Assembly (NCBI GenBank): GCA_905478855.1
Contig: CAJQKF010000040.1
Span: 7,076-71,075 of the forward strand
Reading direction: 5' to 3'
DNA length: 64,000 bases
DNA from: an uncultured Gammaproteobacteria bacterium
Lineage (GTDB): Bacteria > Pseudomonadota > Gammaproteobacteria > Arenicellales > CAJQKF01
Of this stretch, positions 40,601 to 50,031 are shown one piece after another. The position numbers and the translations under genes were made by a program. The stretch's first letter is position 1; each line of letters begins with the position of its first letter. Below the pieces are notes generated by a model that saw only the letters and a program-made list of their open reading frames with translations, was not told the DNA's origin and searched no databases.

Positions 40601-41947
40601 TTAGTTTGCTAAGTTGGTAAAAACTCTGGTTTTGGTTGATCGCCCTCTGATTTCAAAATCGCCTACTAGCATAAGTTCATTATGGCAGTTAGGTGCTTTT
40701 TGGTAGGTGCTATTTTCGATAAGGAGACGGGTATTAGTTTTTTTATTAAGTTGTTCTAATCGAGCAGCAAGGTTTACGTGGTTACCGTGAATCGTGTATC
40801 CGAGCTGTTGTTTGGTGCCAACCAAGCCGCCAACAACAGTTCCGGTATTAATGCCGATACGGGCATTTAAAACAACGTCCTTTCCAAAGCGTTTCTCGCG
40901 AAGTAATTTAAGAATATCGAAAGCAGATCGGATTGCATTTTCAGCGTGAGCCGTATCTTCTTTGGGAAGATTGAAGCTGGCTAATATGGCATCACCCTGA
41001 AATTGACATATCACCCCCCCATAGCGAGCAATAGGCTCGGCGACAGACGAGAAATATTCGTTTAGTGTTTTTACAAGTTCGTCCGGCTGCAGGCTTTCAC
41101 CTATCGATGTAAATGATTCTATATCGATATACATGATAGTAGCTTCACGTTCTTCACAGAATCCAGCCTCCAGTCGGGTTGCCGAGTGTGTGATTTGAGT
41201 AACTATTTCTTCGGGTAGAAATCGTGATAGATCTTCAGCTATTGCTTGTTCCGTTATTGCAGTAACCAGTCGCTTGCGTGCGCGAGTTATGCCGATGCTT
41301 AAGACTAGAGTGACTACGAATATTGAAATTATTTTGTCAAATTCGGCGCCAATTAGAATATGATTTGACGTCATATATTCCACATAATTGCGAGTTACGC
41401 CTGCACCGGGGGTCATGTTGACGACTGCATAACCGGCCATAAACAACCATCCGACAATAGCAACGGCCCCGGACAAAATGACGAAACCTGGATCGAAGCG
41501 AAGTGATCTAATTGCTATGAAGATAAACACATACAAGAGTGTTGGAGATTTTAGATAAAACGACGGTGGTTGATCGTATTGGATATGAAACGTAAATATT
41601 AGACTTAGAAGCAGGGCGATATCAATAATTACGGATAGCCATAAAAGCCAGTCAGGAAGCTTTCGAAGATAAGCCAGGATCAGTCGTGTAATCGTAAAAA
41701 TTGAGTACAGAAATATCGCCCATGGCACGGGCGTAAACATAATTTCTTCAGAAAACGCTTTTGGCGAGATGGCATAAAGTGTTGCCATTGTCAAAATAAA
41801 CGCCAGTTGGGTCCAACCGATCAGTATTTCACTGGCATCTTGCTGTGCATTTATTGTATCTTGTACACGCTTTGGGAGATCTTGCGTTAAGTGCGTACCT
41901 TTGAGCCAATGGTGTATTTTTTGAATATGTCGAATCACTTTAGGCAT
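40601..41947 (-). CDS. Membrane-anchored class III adenylate/guanylate cyclase-family protein
   Basis: About 6 hydrophobic segments, then DIESFT, QGDA, RIGINTG, YT..G..VNLAARLEQLNK. Confidence 0.9.
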   Translation of the reverse strand: MPKVIRHIQKIHHWLKGTHLTQDLPKRVQDTINAQQDASEILIGWTQLAFILTMATLYAISPKAFSEEIMFTPVPWAIFLYSIFTITRLILAYLRKLPDWLLWLSVIIDIALLLSLIFTFHIQYDQPPSFYLKSPTLLYVFIFIAIRSLRFDPGFVILSGAVAIVGWLFMAGYAVVNMTPGAGVTRNYVEYMTSNHILIGAEFDKIISIFVVTLVLSIGITRARKRLVTAITEQAIAEDLSRFLPEEIVTQITHSATRLEAGFCEEREATIMYIDIESFTSIGESLQPDELVKTLNEYFSSVAEPIARYGGVICQFQGDAILASFNLPKEDTAHAENAIRSAFDILKLLREKRFGKDVVLNARIGINTGTVVGGLVGTKQQLGYTIHGNHVNLAARLEQLNKKTNTRLLIENSTYQKAPNCHNELMLVGDFEIRGRSTKTRVFTNLAN

Positions 41948-42122
41948 CCGGTAGCACTATAATGAGGAACTACGATATATTGGACTGAACTTTCGGTATT
42001 TCATTCCTATGTCCTCCATTATGTTTTACGTCAGTCGAGGTAGAAGTGACAATTAATCTTTTGTTAAGTGACAAAGTTTAAATGACGATAGTCCAAATTT
42101 CTAATGAGTATAGTCGTAATTG

Positions 42123-43340
42123 ATGGCAAATATTGACCCCATACATGAAAAAAGGAATAGTAGAAACCAGGAGCGTTTGGATAATGCAAATGTTTTAATT
42201 TATAGCCATGATTCTTTTGGGCTAGGGCATCTACGTAGATGTCGGGAAATTGCGCATTCGTTGGTTGAACGTTACAAAGGACTGCGTGTGTTAATTTTAT
42301 CGGGTTCGCCGATTATTGGAAGTTTCGACTTTCGCGCTCGAGTAGACTTTGTTCGTATACCTAGCGTTGTTAAATTACGTAATGGAGATTACACCTCCCT
42401 AAATAAGCATATTGATATTCAGCAAACACTGTCTATACGATCAACGATTATTAGCAATACGGCAAAAGTCTTTTCCCCTGATTTGTTTATTGTCGATAAA
42501 GAACCTCTAGGGCTGCGAGGTGAGGTTAAGGAAACGTTGGAAAATTTCCGATCTTCAAAAACACGTGTTGTGCTGGGACTTCGGGATATTATGGATGACC
42601 CTAAAGCCCTGAAAGCAGAATGGTCGCGGCGAAACGTCGGCGCTGCACTGGATCGTTATTACGATGAGATTTGGGTGTACGGGCATGAGTTAATGGGAAA
42701 TCCCTTATTGGGAGTTGGTTTGTCTGATAAGACCATGGCCAGGCTTAAGTTTACTGGTTATATTATGCGTCATGTGCCCAACACTGTTGGTGCGGTGACA
42801 ATGCTACCGAAAAAACCATTTTTCCTTGTTACCGCTGGCGGTGGTGGTGATGGTCACCAGATGATTGACTGGGTATTACGCGCATATGAGAGTGGGGAAA
42901 ATCTACCTTGCGATGCTTTGGTTGTGCTTGGGCCTTTTATGCCATTGTCTTCCCGAAATGAATTTGTTCAGCGAATTTCATTTCTGGAAAATGTATCGGT
43001 AAGAACATTTTCGGCAGATATGGAGCACTTGATGGAAGCCGCTAGTGCGGTTGTGTGTATGGGAGGATATAACACGTTTTGTGAAGTAATGTCCTTCAAC
43101 AAAAAAGCATTATTAATACCGAGATCACGACCTAGAAAAGAACAACTCATTCGTGCTGTAAAGGCTAAAGAGTTAGGTTTGTTGCAATTTCTTGACGAAG
43201 ATCGTGGATGCGAAACCGATGAAATGATAGACGCACTAAATAATCTTCCTAGTGCCGGTCATCCGGCTGACGCAGGAATTAATGATATGCTCCATGGGTT
43301 GGATTCCATTAACCAATGGGTGCAAGACATCGTAAGTTAA
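42123..43340 (+). CDS. Predicted glycosyltransferase (COG4671, GT-B/GT28 C-terminal-like)
   Basis: YSHDSFGLGHLRR, VDKEPLG, TAGGGGDG, MGGYNTFCE, PRKEQLIRA. Confidence 0.82.
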   Translation: MANIDPIHEKRNSRNQERLDNANVLIYSHDSFGLGHLRRCREIAHSLVERYKGLRVLILSGSPIIGSFDFRARVDFVRIPSVVKLRNGDYTSLNKHIDIQQTLSIRSTIISNTAKVFSPDLFIVDKEPLGLRGEVKETLENFRSSKTRVVLGLRDIMDDPKALKAEWSRRNVGAALDRYYDEIWVYGHELMGNPLLGVGLSDKTMARLKFTGYIMRHVPNTVGAVTMLPKKPFFLVTAGGGGDGHQMIDWVLRAYESGENLPCDALVVLGPFMPLSSRNEFVQRISFLENVSVRTFSADMEHLMEAASAVVCMGGYNTFCEVMSFNKKALLIPRSRPRKEQLIRAVKAKELGLLQFLDEDRGCETDEMIDALNNLPSAGHPADAGINDMLHGLDSINQWVQDIVS

Positions 43341-43381
43341 ATTTTGCCCTTATAAGTAATAAAGATGGGAATTATGTTTAA

Positions 43382-44518
43382 GTGGGTACATCAATATTGG
43401 TAGGGCAAAAATGTGTTCTCTTATATGTCCAGCATCTTTTAGGCAGTGGTCATCTACATCGAGTACGATTGGTCGCCGAGGAACTTGCTCATTGTGGATT
43501 GAGAGTGGTTGTAGTAAGCGGTGGCCCCACCGTTTCAAATTTTCATTTTGACGGCGTAATATTCGTTCAACTGGAGCCAATTCGAAGCAATGGTCTGGAT
43601 TTTGGTAGTATTGTTGATAAGCACGGAATGCCCGTGGCAGACCATGTGTTTCAGGCTAGACAGCAGCAATTACTTGACACTTACGCACTTTATCAACCGC
43701 AGCTAATAGTTATTGAATCTTGGCCCTTTGGGCGAGGCGTGGTGAATGAGGAATTGGATTCATTTTTACAAAACGTTAAAAGTAAGACAGCGTCGATTAG
43801 AACGGTCATATCCATTCGTGATATTCTACAAATACGTTCAGAGAATAAACAGCGAAAGACGATTGCTCGTTTGTCCCGTTTTGCGGATTTTATAATGGTT
43901 CATGGAGATTCTTCTGTTGTTCCGCTAGACGCATCATTCAGTTTAACTTCTCAAGTGCCAATCCCTATAGTGTATACAGGTTACGTGGCGCCACCCCCGG
44001 TGCCAAGAGAGTTAGAATCAAAGGATGTCGTTGTCGCAGCAGGGGGAGGTTTGGCGGGTGAAAATCTATATCAATTGGCGCTTAGTGCGGCTCAATTAGA
44101 TACAACCGGTAGGATATGGCGATTCATGACAGGCTCTAATGCAGAAACTCAAGCCGATCTTTGGGTAAATTTACCTGCACACATTAAAGCTGAACCGAAC
44201 AGAGTAGATTTTCGAGCGTTATTAAGTTCTAGTTCTATATTGATTTCCCAATGTGGATATAACTCTATGATGGATGTTTTGGTAACTGGAATACCTACTA
44301 TTGTGGTTCCATTTGAAGGTGTGGCCGAGACTGAACAACTGCAGCGAGCTAAGATTTTTTCCCAGCTAAACATATGCACAATGTTTCGGGAATCGGAGCG
44401 TCCTGAACGGCTTTTGGCATTAGTAGAATTCACCCTTGCTAAAGGGGAGGATTATGTTCCAAGAATTGATTTGGATGGTGTTTATAATAGCGCTAAATTT
44501 ATTGTTAGTTTGGTTTAA
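43382..44518 (+). CDS. Predicted glycosyltransferase (COG4671-like), second paralog
   Basis: YVQHLLGSGHL.R, E.WPFGR, SIRDIL, VHGD, AAGGG, SQCGYNS, ETEQ..RA. Confidence 0.8.
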   Translation: MGTSILVGQKCVLLYVQHLLGSGHLHRVRLVAEELAHCGLRVVVVSGGPTVSNFHFDGVIFVQLEPIRSNGLDFGSIVDKHGMPVADHVFQARQQQLLDTYALYQPQLIVIESWPFGRGVVNEELDSFLQNVKSKTASIRTVISIRDILQIRSENKQRKTIARLSRFADFIMVHGDSSVVPLDASFSLTSQVPIPIVYTGYVAPPPVPRELESKDVVVAAGGGLAGENLYQLALSAAQLDTTGRIWRFMTGSNAETQADLWVNLPAHIKAEPNRVDFRALLSSSSILISQCGYNSMMDVLVTGIPTIVVPFEGVAETEQLQRAKIFSQLNICTMFRESERPERLLALVEFTLAKGEDYVPRIDLDGVYNSAKFIVSLV

Positions 44519-44637
44519 GGAATGCACAGCCCATTTTTTAGGTGGAGATTTTTTTAGTCTATTAATATTGGCTAGTATCGAATCCATTGGAATAATAGAA
44601 TCCAGTTTTAAGTAAATACGTAGGATACAAACAGAAT

Positions 44638-45570
44638 ATGCGACATGCTTTCATTATGGACCCTCTTGACGGAGTTAATCCATGCAAAGATACCACTTAT
44701 TTTCTTATGTTGGCGGCAACACAACGTGGTCACGAAGTTTATGTTTTATCCCAGAACAGTGTGTCGTTAAGACATACAACTCTTGTATCTAGTGCGCATC
44801 GTGTCACGACTCAGGATGACCTAGAGTCGCCGTTTATTATCGAGCCTAAGGAAATTATTAGGCTGAATGATATGGATTGTGTTTGGGAACGAACGGACCC
44901 ACCTTTTAATCGGCGATATTTTTATACTAGTTTATTACTTGATTTTTTGCCTGACAGTGTAATGGTTGTGAATCGACCTCAGGCAATACGCGACTGGAAT
45001 GAAAAACTTGCAGCTCTGAAGTTTTCGGACTATACCCCGCAAACACTGGTTTCAGCTCAGCCTGAAGAAATCGAAGCATTTGTGCAGGAGCATGGTCGAA
45101 TTACGTTAAAACCAATCGATGGTCATGGCGGTAAGGGAGTGGAATTTTCAAATGCGTCTGATGTCGACAGGTTAGCTACTTATCAACGTGTAACGGCTTC
45201 GGGGCGTCGTTGGACTATTGCTCAAGCATATCTTGAGGCAGCAAGTGACGGAGATAAACGTATACTACTCCTTCAGGGCGAACCTATTGGAGCAATTCTT
45301 CGAGTTCATGCTGAAGGGCAGGAGTTAAATAACCTCGATGCGGGCGGAACTGCCAAGCCTACTAAACTAACTGATCGCGATTTACAGATTTGCCGTGCTG
45401 TTGGGCCGGCGTTAAAAGAAAACGGTATCGTCTTTGCCGGAATTGACGTAATTGGGGATTACATGATTGAGGTCAATGTGACCAGTCCAACTGGGATACA
45501 GGAAGCAAGTCGATTCTCTGGACAAGACTTACATCACATAGTGATGCAATCTCTAGAGCATGTGCGTTAG
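44638..45570 (+). CDS. gshB: Glutathione synthetase
   Basis: FIMDPL, KDTT, R.DPPF, NEKL, KPIDG.GG.G, GDKRILL, EVNVTSPTG. Confidence 0.93.
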   Translation: MRHAFIMDPLDGVNPCKDTTYFLMLAATQRGHEVYVLSQNSVSLRHTTLVSSAHRVTTQDDLESPFIIEPKEIIRLNDMDCVWERTDPPFNRRYFYTSLLLDFLPDSVMVVNRPQAIRDWNEKLAALKFSDYTPQTLVSAQPEEIEAFVQEHGRITLKPIDGHGGKGVEFSNASDVDRLATYQRVTASGRRWTIAQAYLEAASDGDKRILLLQGEPIGAILRVHAEGQELNNLDAGGTAKPTKLTDRDLQICRAVGPALKENGIVFAGIDVIGDYMIEVNVTSPTGIQEASRFSGQDLHHIVMQSLEHVR

Positions 45571-46162
45571 TCCAGATCTTTAGCAAGGAGTAGGATCGGG
45601 CCTGAATAGACTAATGCTGGATCATGTGGTAATTGTTTGGGGTCATATATTTTATATCCTATCCGACAATACATGCTGATAGCCGCGTTGTTATCTCCAA
45701 ACGCATGAATGCTAACACGGTCTAAATTTTTTTCCGTGCACGAGCTTCGGCGTTTAAAAGAAGACTTCTGACAATTCCGGCTCCTCTGAACTTCTTTCCT
45801 ACCGTTAAAGCTGAGATATATAAACTTCCAGGGTAGTTAATCGAGTTTATGATTTCAAGAATATTTTGTCTATCAGGCGTCAGGTAGCGATAGAGACGGT
45901 TGGTATCAAGCTTCGTTTCGGAGAACGCACAACATTGCCCAACCACATTGTTTTTTACCGTTGCGACACTGAAGCTATTGAACCCGAAAATACTTTGTGG
46001 GTCTGCAATACGACGTGCAATTATTTCATTAGTTGATAGCCCTTGCTCTGATCCACCATAAACAGCATCCATCAGACCCGCTGATCCGATACGATATAGT
46101 CGGGCGAGTTTGAAAGAATCCTCGATAACGCCTTTTCTTAAAGAATATTTTTTTGTGTCCAT
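45567..46162 (-). pseudogene. GNAT-family acetyltransferase interrupted by a 1-nt frameshift in an A7 run
   Basis: The ORF stops after motif A (ALTVGKKFRGAGI); the alternative frame continues LDRVSIHAFGDNNAAISMYCRIGY...LLAKDLD* to a stop overlapping the gshB stop. Confidence 0.78.
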
Positions 46163-46578
46163 GATGAGCCGATGTTTTAACGTACTTATTTCTAGTGGTT
46201 TTTTTGCCCCACACTTATAGTGATGTTACGTACATACTAGTGAAAGTGCAGTATTTCATATGTTTCGAGTGAATTATGGACTTGCTTGCATCATAAGAAT
46301 GGCTATAAGTAAAGAATCAGAAACTTTTTTCCATTTGAAACACTACTGCTGTCGGAATCAATATAAAATGATATTATTTTGCTATCTATCGGTAATACTT
46401 CCTTGATACCTTTAAAAGTAAGGTTGGTGTTTCGATTAGACCCAATTAAGTATAGAATTGGATGTCATTAGAATTGTTATGCTGATGCTGAGGCGCAAAA
46501 AAATAGTTGTGATATAGTGTATCAGCACTGATCTCTGGGGGAAGATATCGCTAATGGATTGCGAAGAAAAGAGTAAGA

Positions 46579-48396
46579 ATGTCTGAGGTGCTGAGGAGAT
46601 TGGCGGCAATCGTTATAGCTGATGCTTGTGGTTATACACGGCTTATGGAAGTAGACGAAGAACGAACGCGTGATCAAATAAATCTTCATCGGAGCACGTT
46701 TAAAAAACTTGCTTCAAAGCATAATGGACGTGTCCTCGATATCTCAGGGGACAGTATATTATCGGAATATATGAGTGTTCAAAGTGCGATTGAATTTGCT
46801 GCAGACTTTCAGGAGCGAATGGTTGCGGAAAATCGATTGTTTATAGATGTTGATCGAATGCTGTTTCGTATAGGCATTAATGTTGGTGATGTCCTTGATG
46901 ATGGCCAGGACTTATACGGGGATGCGATCAATACAGCAGAACGATTGCAGACCTTAGCAACGCCTGGGGGCGTGTGCATTAGTGGCGCGGCACACGACCT
47001 GATTGATGGGCGAGTTTCTTTCTCTTTTCACTTTTTACGAGAGCAAAAGGTTAAAAATAAAAGTAAGCCAATTCGGGTTTATCAAATGATGGAATCTGAA
47101 TGTGCCGTGTGGCCCAGTGGGCAAAGTGAAGCCCTAAGTCAGGAATCGGTGCGCCCTGGAGTTGCTGTTCTTCCGTTTAAATGTCTAGGAGGGGATGACG
47201 ATCAACAATACCTCGGGGATGGAATTGCGGAAGATATCATTACCGAACTATCAAAATTTCAAAATATCCATGTCCTTGCTCGAAGTACAGCATTTGCTTA
47301 TCGTCAGGAAAACGAATATCTCTCCCGTTTATTTGCGAACCTGAATGTACAGTATGCTTTAGAGGGAAGTGTTAGATCTGTTGGTAGGAAAATTCGTATT
47401 TCCGCCCAATTAGTGGATTGTCAAACTAGTAAACAGATTTGGGGTGACCGGTATACACGAAATGCTGATGCAATTCTCGATGTTCAGGATGAAGTTGTTC
47501 GCCTATTAGTTGGAATGCTCGAAAATTTGCTTGCCATCAATAGCGATGCTGCAGCACCTAGTAGCCACAGTAATATTCATCACGCGTATGATTACTGGTT
47601 GCGTGGCAAGCGGTTAAGTAGGAAATCCAACATCCACGGAAATCTTGTGGCAATCAGTTATTTTGAAAAAGCATTAAAATACGACTCGTCATTTTCTCGA
47701 GTATATACAAGTTTAGCTTTAACATATAACAATAATGAATTTGTCGGTCCGGGTTACGAAAAATGGAGTGAAGAGACTTCAATCGCCCGCAATTATGCGC
47801 AAAAGGCGCTTTCGTTGGATCCTACCGATACGTTAGCTCATATCAACTTAGGCTGGAGTTATTTACAGGAGCGCGAATTTGATAAGGCTAGAAGACATTA
47901 TGATATAGCGGGTGATATTGCGCCGAATGATGCGGATACACTAGTCTTACGAGGCAGTGCATACGCTTTTTGCGGAAACGTTGATGAGTCAATGCGTCTC
48001 ATCTCGCGTGCGTTGACGCTTAATCCGGTAAATCCAGTGTTCTATACAGAAACTAAGGCGGTACTTTGCTTTGTAACAAGACGTTTTGATGAATGCGTGG
48101 CAATTTTTCAACAAACTCCGCCATCATCAATATATTGTCTTGCGGTATGGGCAAGTGCACTAAATCATCTTGGCGATTCAAGCCCGGTCAACTCCACAAT
48201 AAGTTCATTTGTAAAACAAATGAGAATGCATTGGCGTGGAAAAGTGGAATTAAATGCAGAACAATGTATTCGGTGGTTAAATCGGCGGTTGCCATTCAAA
48301 CGTGCAGAAGATCAAAACTTATTGGTCGACGGTTTGTCTCATCTGAGCACAAATCTACTCCATTCTGAGGGTCATAACCAGGCAACTGATAATTAA
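46579..48396 (+). CDS. Class III cyclase domain + TolB-like domain + TPR protein
   Basis: RRLAAI..AD..GYTRLM, GDS, FRIGINVGD, DLYGDAINTAERLQ; VAVLPF..GDGIAEDIITELS; LEGSVR; TPR-like helices. Confidence 0.88.
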   Translation: MSEVLRRLAAIVIADACGYTRLMEVDEERTRDQINLHRSTFKKLASKHNGRVLDISGDSILSEYMSVQSAIEFAADFQERMVAENRLFIDVDRMLFRIGINVGDVLDDGQDLYGDAINTAERLQTLATPGGVCISGAAHDLIDGRVSFSFHFLREQKVKNKSKPIRVYQMMESECAVWPSGQSEALSQESVRPGVAVLPFKCLGGDDDQQYLGDGIAEDIITELSKFQNIHVLARSTAFAYRQENEYLSRLFANLNVQYALEGSVRSVGRKIRISAQLVDCQTSKQIWGDRYTRNADAILDVQDEVVRLLVGMLENLLAINSDAAAPSSHSNIHHAYDYWLRGKRLSRKSNIHGNLVAISYFEKALKYDSSFSRVYTSLALTYNNNEFVGPGYEKWSEETSIARNYAQKALSLDPTDTLAHINLGWSYLQEREFDKARRHYDIAGDIAPNDADTLVLRGSAYAFCGNVDESMRLISRALTLNPVNPVFYTETKAVLCFVTRRFDECVAIFQQTPPSSIYCLAVWASALNHLGDSSPVNSTISSFVKQMRMHWRGKVELNAEQCIRWLNRRLPFKRAEDQNLLVDGLSHLSTNLLHSEGHNQATDN

Positions 48397-48505
48397 GAAA
48401 GCATATGGCGTTAACTTAAACTTTCTTCATTTTCAACTATAAGGGTTTGGATTCTTGTGGTAAGCCGCATAATAACTGTGTCCGGCTTTTACCGGGAATG
48501 TTAGT

Positions 48506-49993
48506 TTGAAAAAAACCAATTATATTGTTGCGGAGTTACTAATGAGGCTGTCATCGATTTGCGATTTTAATTTTACCAAGGCTGTAGCGATCTCGAGCCT
48601 TATGCTCGTGTCGACGCTATGTGCGGCGGCTGCTGATCCGGATAATGCAATCGAACAATTACGCGAGGCGGGCAAGGCATTCTCCTCTGTTGCTCGCAAG
48701 GCCTCGCCGGCTGTTGTGTTTATTAGTGTGGAAAAAGTTGAAGAAGTTCGCTCAAGCCGACAACGTTCACCATTTGAGGACGAGTTCTTTAAACGGTTTT
48801 TTGATATACCCCCAGATAGTCAATCGAAACAACGATCTAAACAGAGAAAAGTAGCCGGCCAAGGGTCGGGGTTTGTTGTATCGTCTGATGGCTATATTGT
48901 TACCAATAATCATGTGGTTGGCGATGCGGACGAAGTTCAAGTTCGATTTCAAGACGGCACGGAATATTCGGCAGAAATTGTCGGAACCGATAGTCGATCA
49001 GATGTTGCGGTAATCAAAATTGATGCAAAAAATTTGCCGGTTTTGGAGTTAGGTGACTCGGACGCTCTTGAGGTCGGGGAGTGGGTATTGGCAATCGGTA
49101 GTCCATTTGGATTATCTCATACACTCACTGCAGGCATAGTTAGCGCCAAGGGGCGAAGCAGTGTCGGTATTACTGATTACGAGAATTTCATTCAAACGGA
49201 TGCTGCGATTAACCCCGGTAATTCTGGCGGACCGTTGGTTGATCTGAATAGTCGCGCAATAGGCATGAATACCGCAATTTTTAGTCGTAGTGGTGGGTAC
49301 ATGGGCATCGGTTTTGCTATTCCGATTAATATGGTTCAAAACATTATGAACCAGCTTATAAATGATGGTCGAGTTACACGCGGGTTTTTGGGGGTATTAA
49401 TTCAGAATTTAACCAATGAATTAGCTAACTCGTTCGGTTTGGAAAGTCAACGAGGTGTATTAATTGCCGAAGTGACGAAAGACAGTCCTGCTATGAATGC
49501 CGGTATGAAAGCTGGAGATGTGGTTGTTAAGTTCGATGAAAGAGACGTTACTGACGTCGGTACCTTCCGAAATCGAGTTAGTTTGGTTTACCCTGGTTCA
49601 GTTGTTTCGTTAATTGTCATCCGTGATGGTAAGCAAAAAGTTCTGAACGTCACTATAGGCGAACTGCCTGAAAGTAGCGTTGCAGGATCTAAAGAGCCAG
49701 CTGTTGACTCATTGGATGAATTGGGTTTTTCAGTGCAGGATCTAACTGAAGAGTTGGCAGCGGGGTTTGGCTTGGAAGATCAAGCGGGTGTTGTGGTTAC
49801 TGCTGTTGAAAATGAATCTAAAGCATTTGATGCCGGATTACGTCCGGGCATGATTATTCAGGAATTAAATCGCACGTCGATAAATAATCTGACAGATTTC
49901 CGTTCAACATTAAAGGCCCTGAAATCGTCAGATTCGTTACTTATGCTGGTTAGCGACCCTAACGGCACCCGCTATATCGCTATTCGGCGCTAA
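48506..49993 (+). CDS. DegQ/DegP-family periplasmic serine protease with two PDZ domains
   Basis: GSGFVV, TNNHV, SDVAV, QTDAAINPGNSGGPL; the start codon is uncertain (alternative ATG at 48542). Confidence 0.93.
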   Translation: MKKTNYIVAELLMRLSSICDFNFTKAVAISSLMLVSTLCAAAADPDNAIEQLREAGKAFSSVARKASPAVVFISVEKVEEVRSSRQRSPFEDEFFKRFFDIPPDSQSKQRSKQRKVAGQGSGFVVSSDGYIVTNNHVVGDADEVQVRFQDGTEYSAEIVGTDSRSDVAVIKIDAKNLPVLELGDSDALEVGEWVLAIGSPFGLSHTLTAGIVSAKGRSSVGITDYENFIQTDAAINPGNSGGPLVDLNSRAIGMNTAIFSRSGGYMGIGFAIPINMVQNIMNQLINDGRVTRGFLGVLIQNLTNELANSFGLESQRGVLIAEVTKDSPAMNAGMKAGDVVVKFDERDVTDVGTFRNRVSLVYPGSVVSLIVIRDGKQKVLNVTIGELPESSVAGSKEPAVDSLDELGFSVQDLTEELAAGFGLEDQAGVVVTAVENESKAFDAGLRPGMIIQELNRTSINNLTDFRSTLKALKSSDSLLMLVSDPNGTRYIAIRR

Positions 49994-50031
49994 CCAGACT
50001 AATTATCGTAACTTATTGGTCACTTTGAGCG

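Noticed and set aside
46029-46214. 61-aa minus-strand ORF overlapping the GNAT 5' end
   Set aside because: Different frame from the GNAT and no motifs; the GNAT start at 46162 already gives a complete N-terminus
46363-46382. Fur-box-like AAAATGATATTATTTT
   Set aside because: Only about 12/19 matches to consensus in very AT-rich DNA, and no iron-related genes adjacent
40601-48396. Pycsar or other anti-phage cyclase system
   Set aside because: No adjacent cNMP-binding TM or TIR effector gene, and both cyclases have sensor/signalling-type architectures
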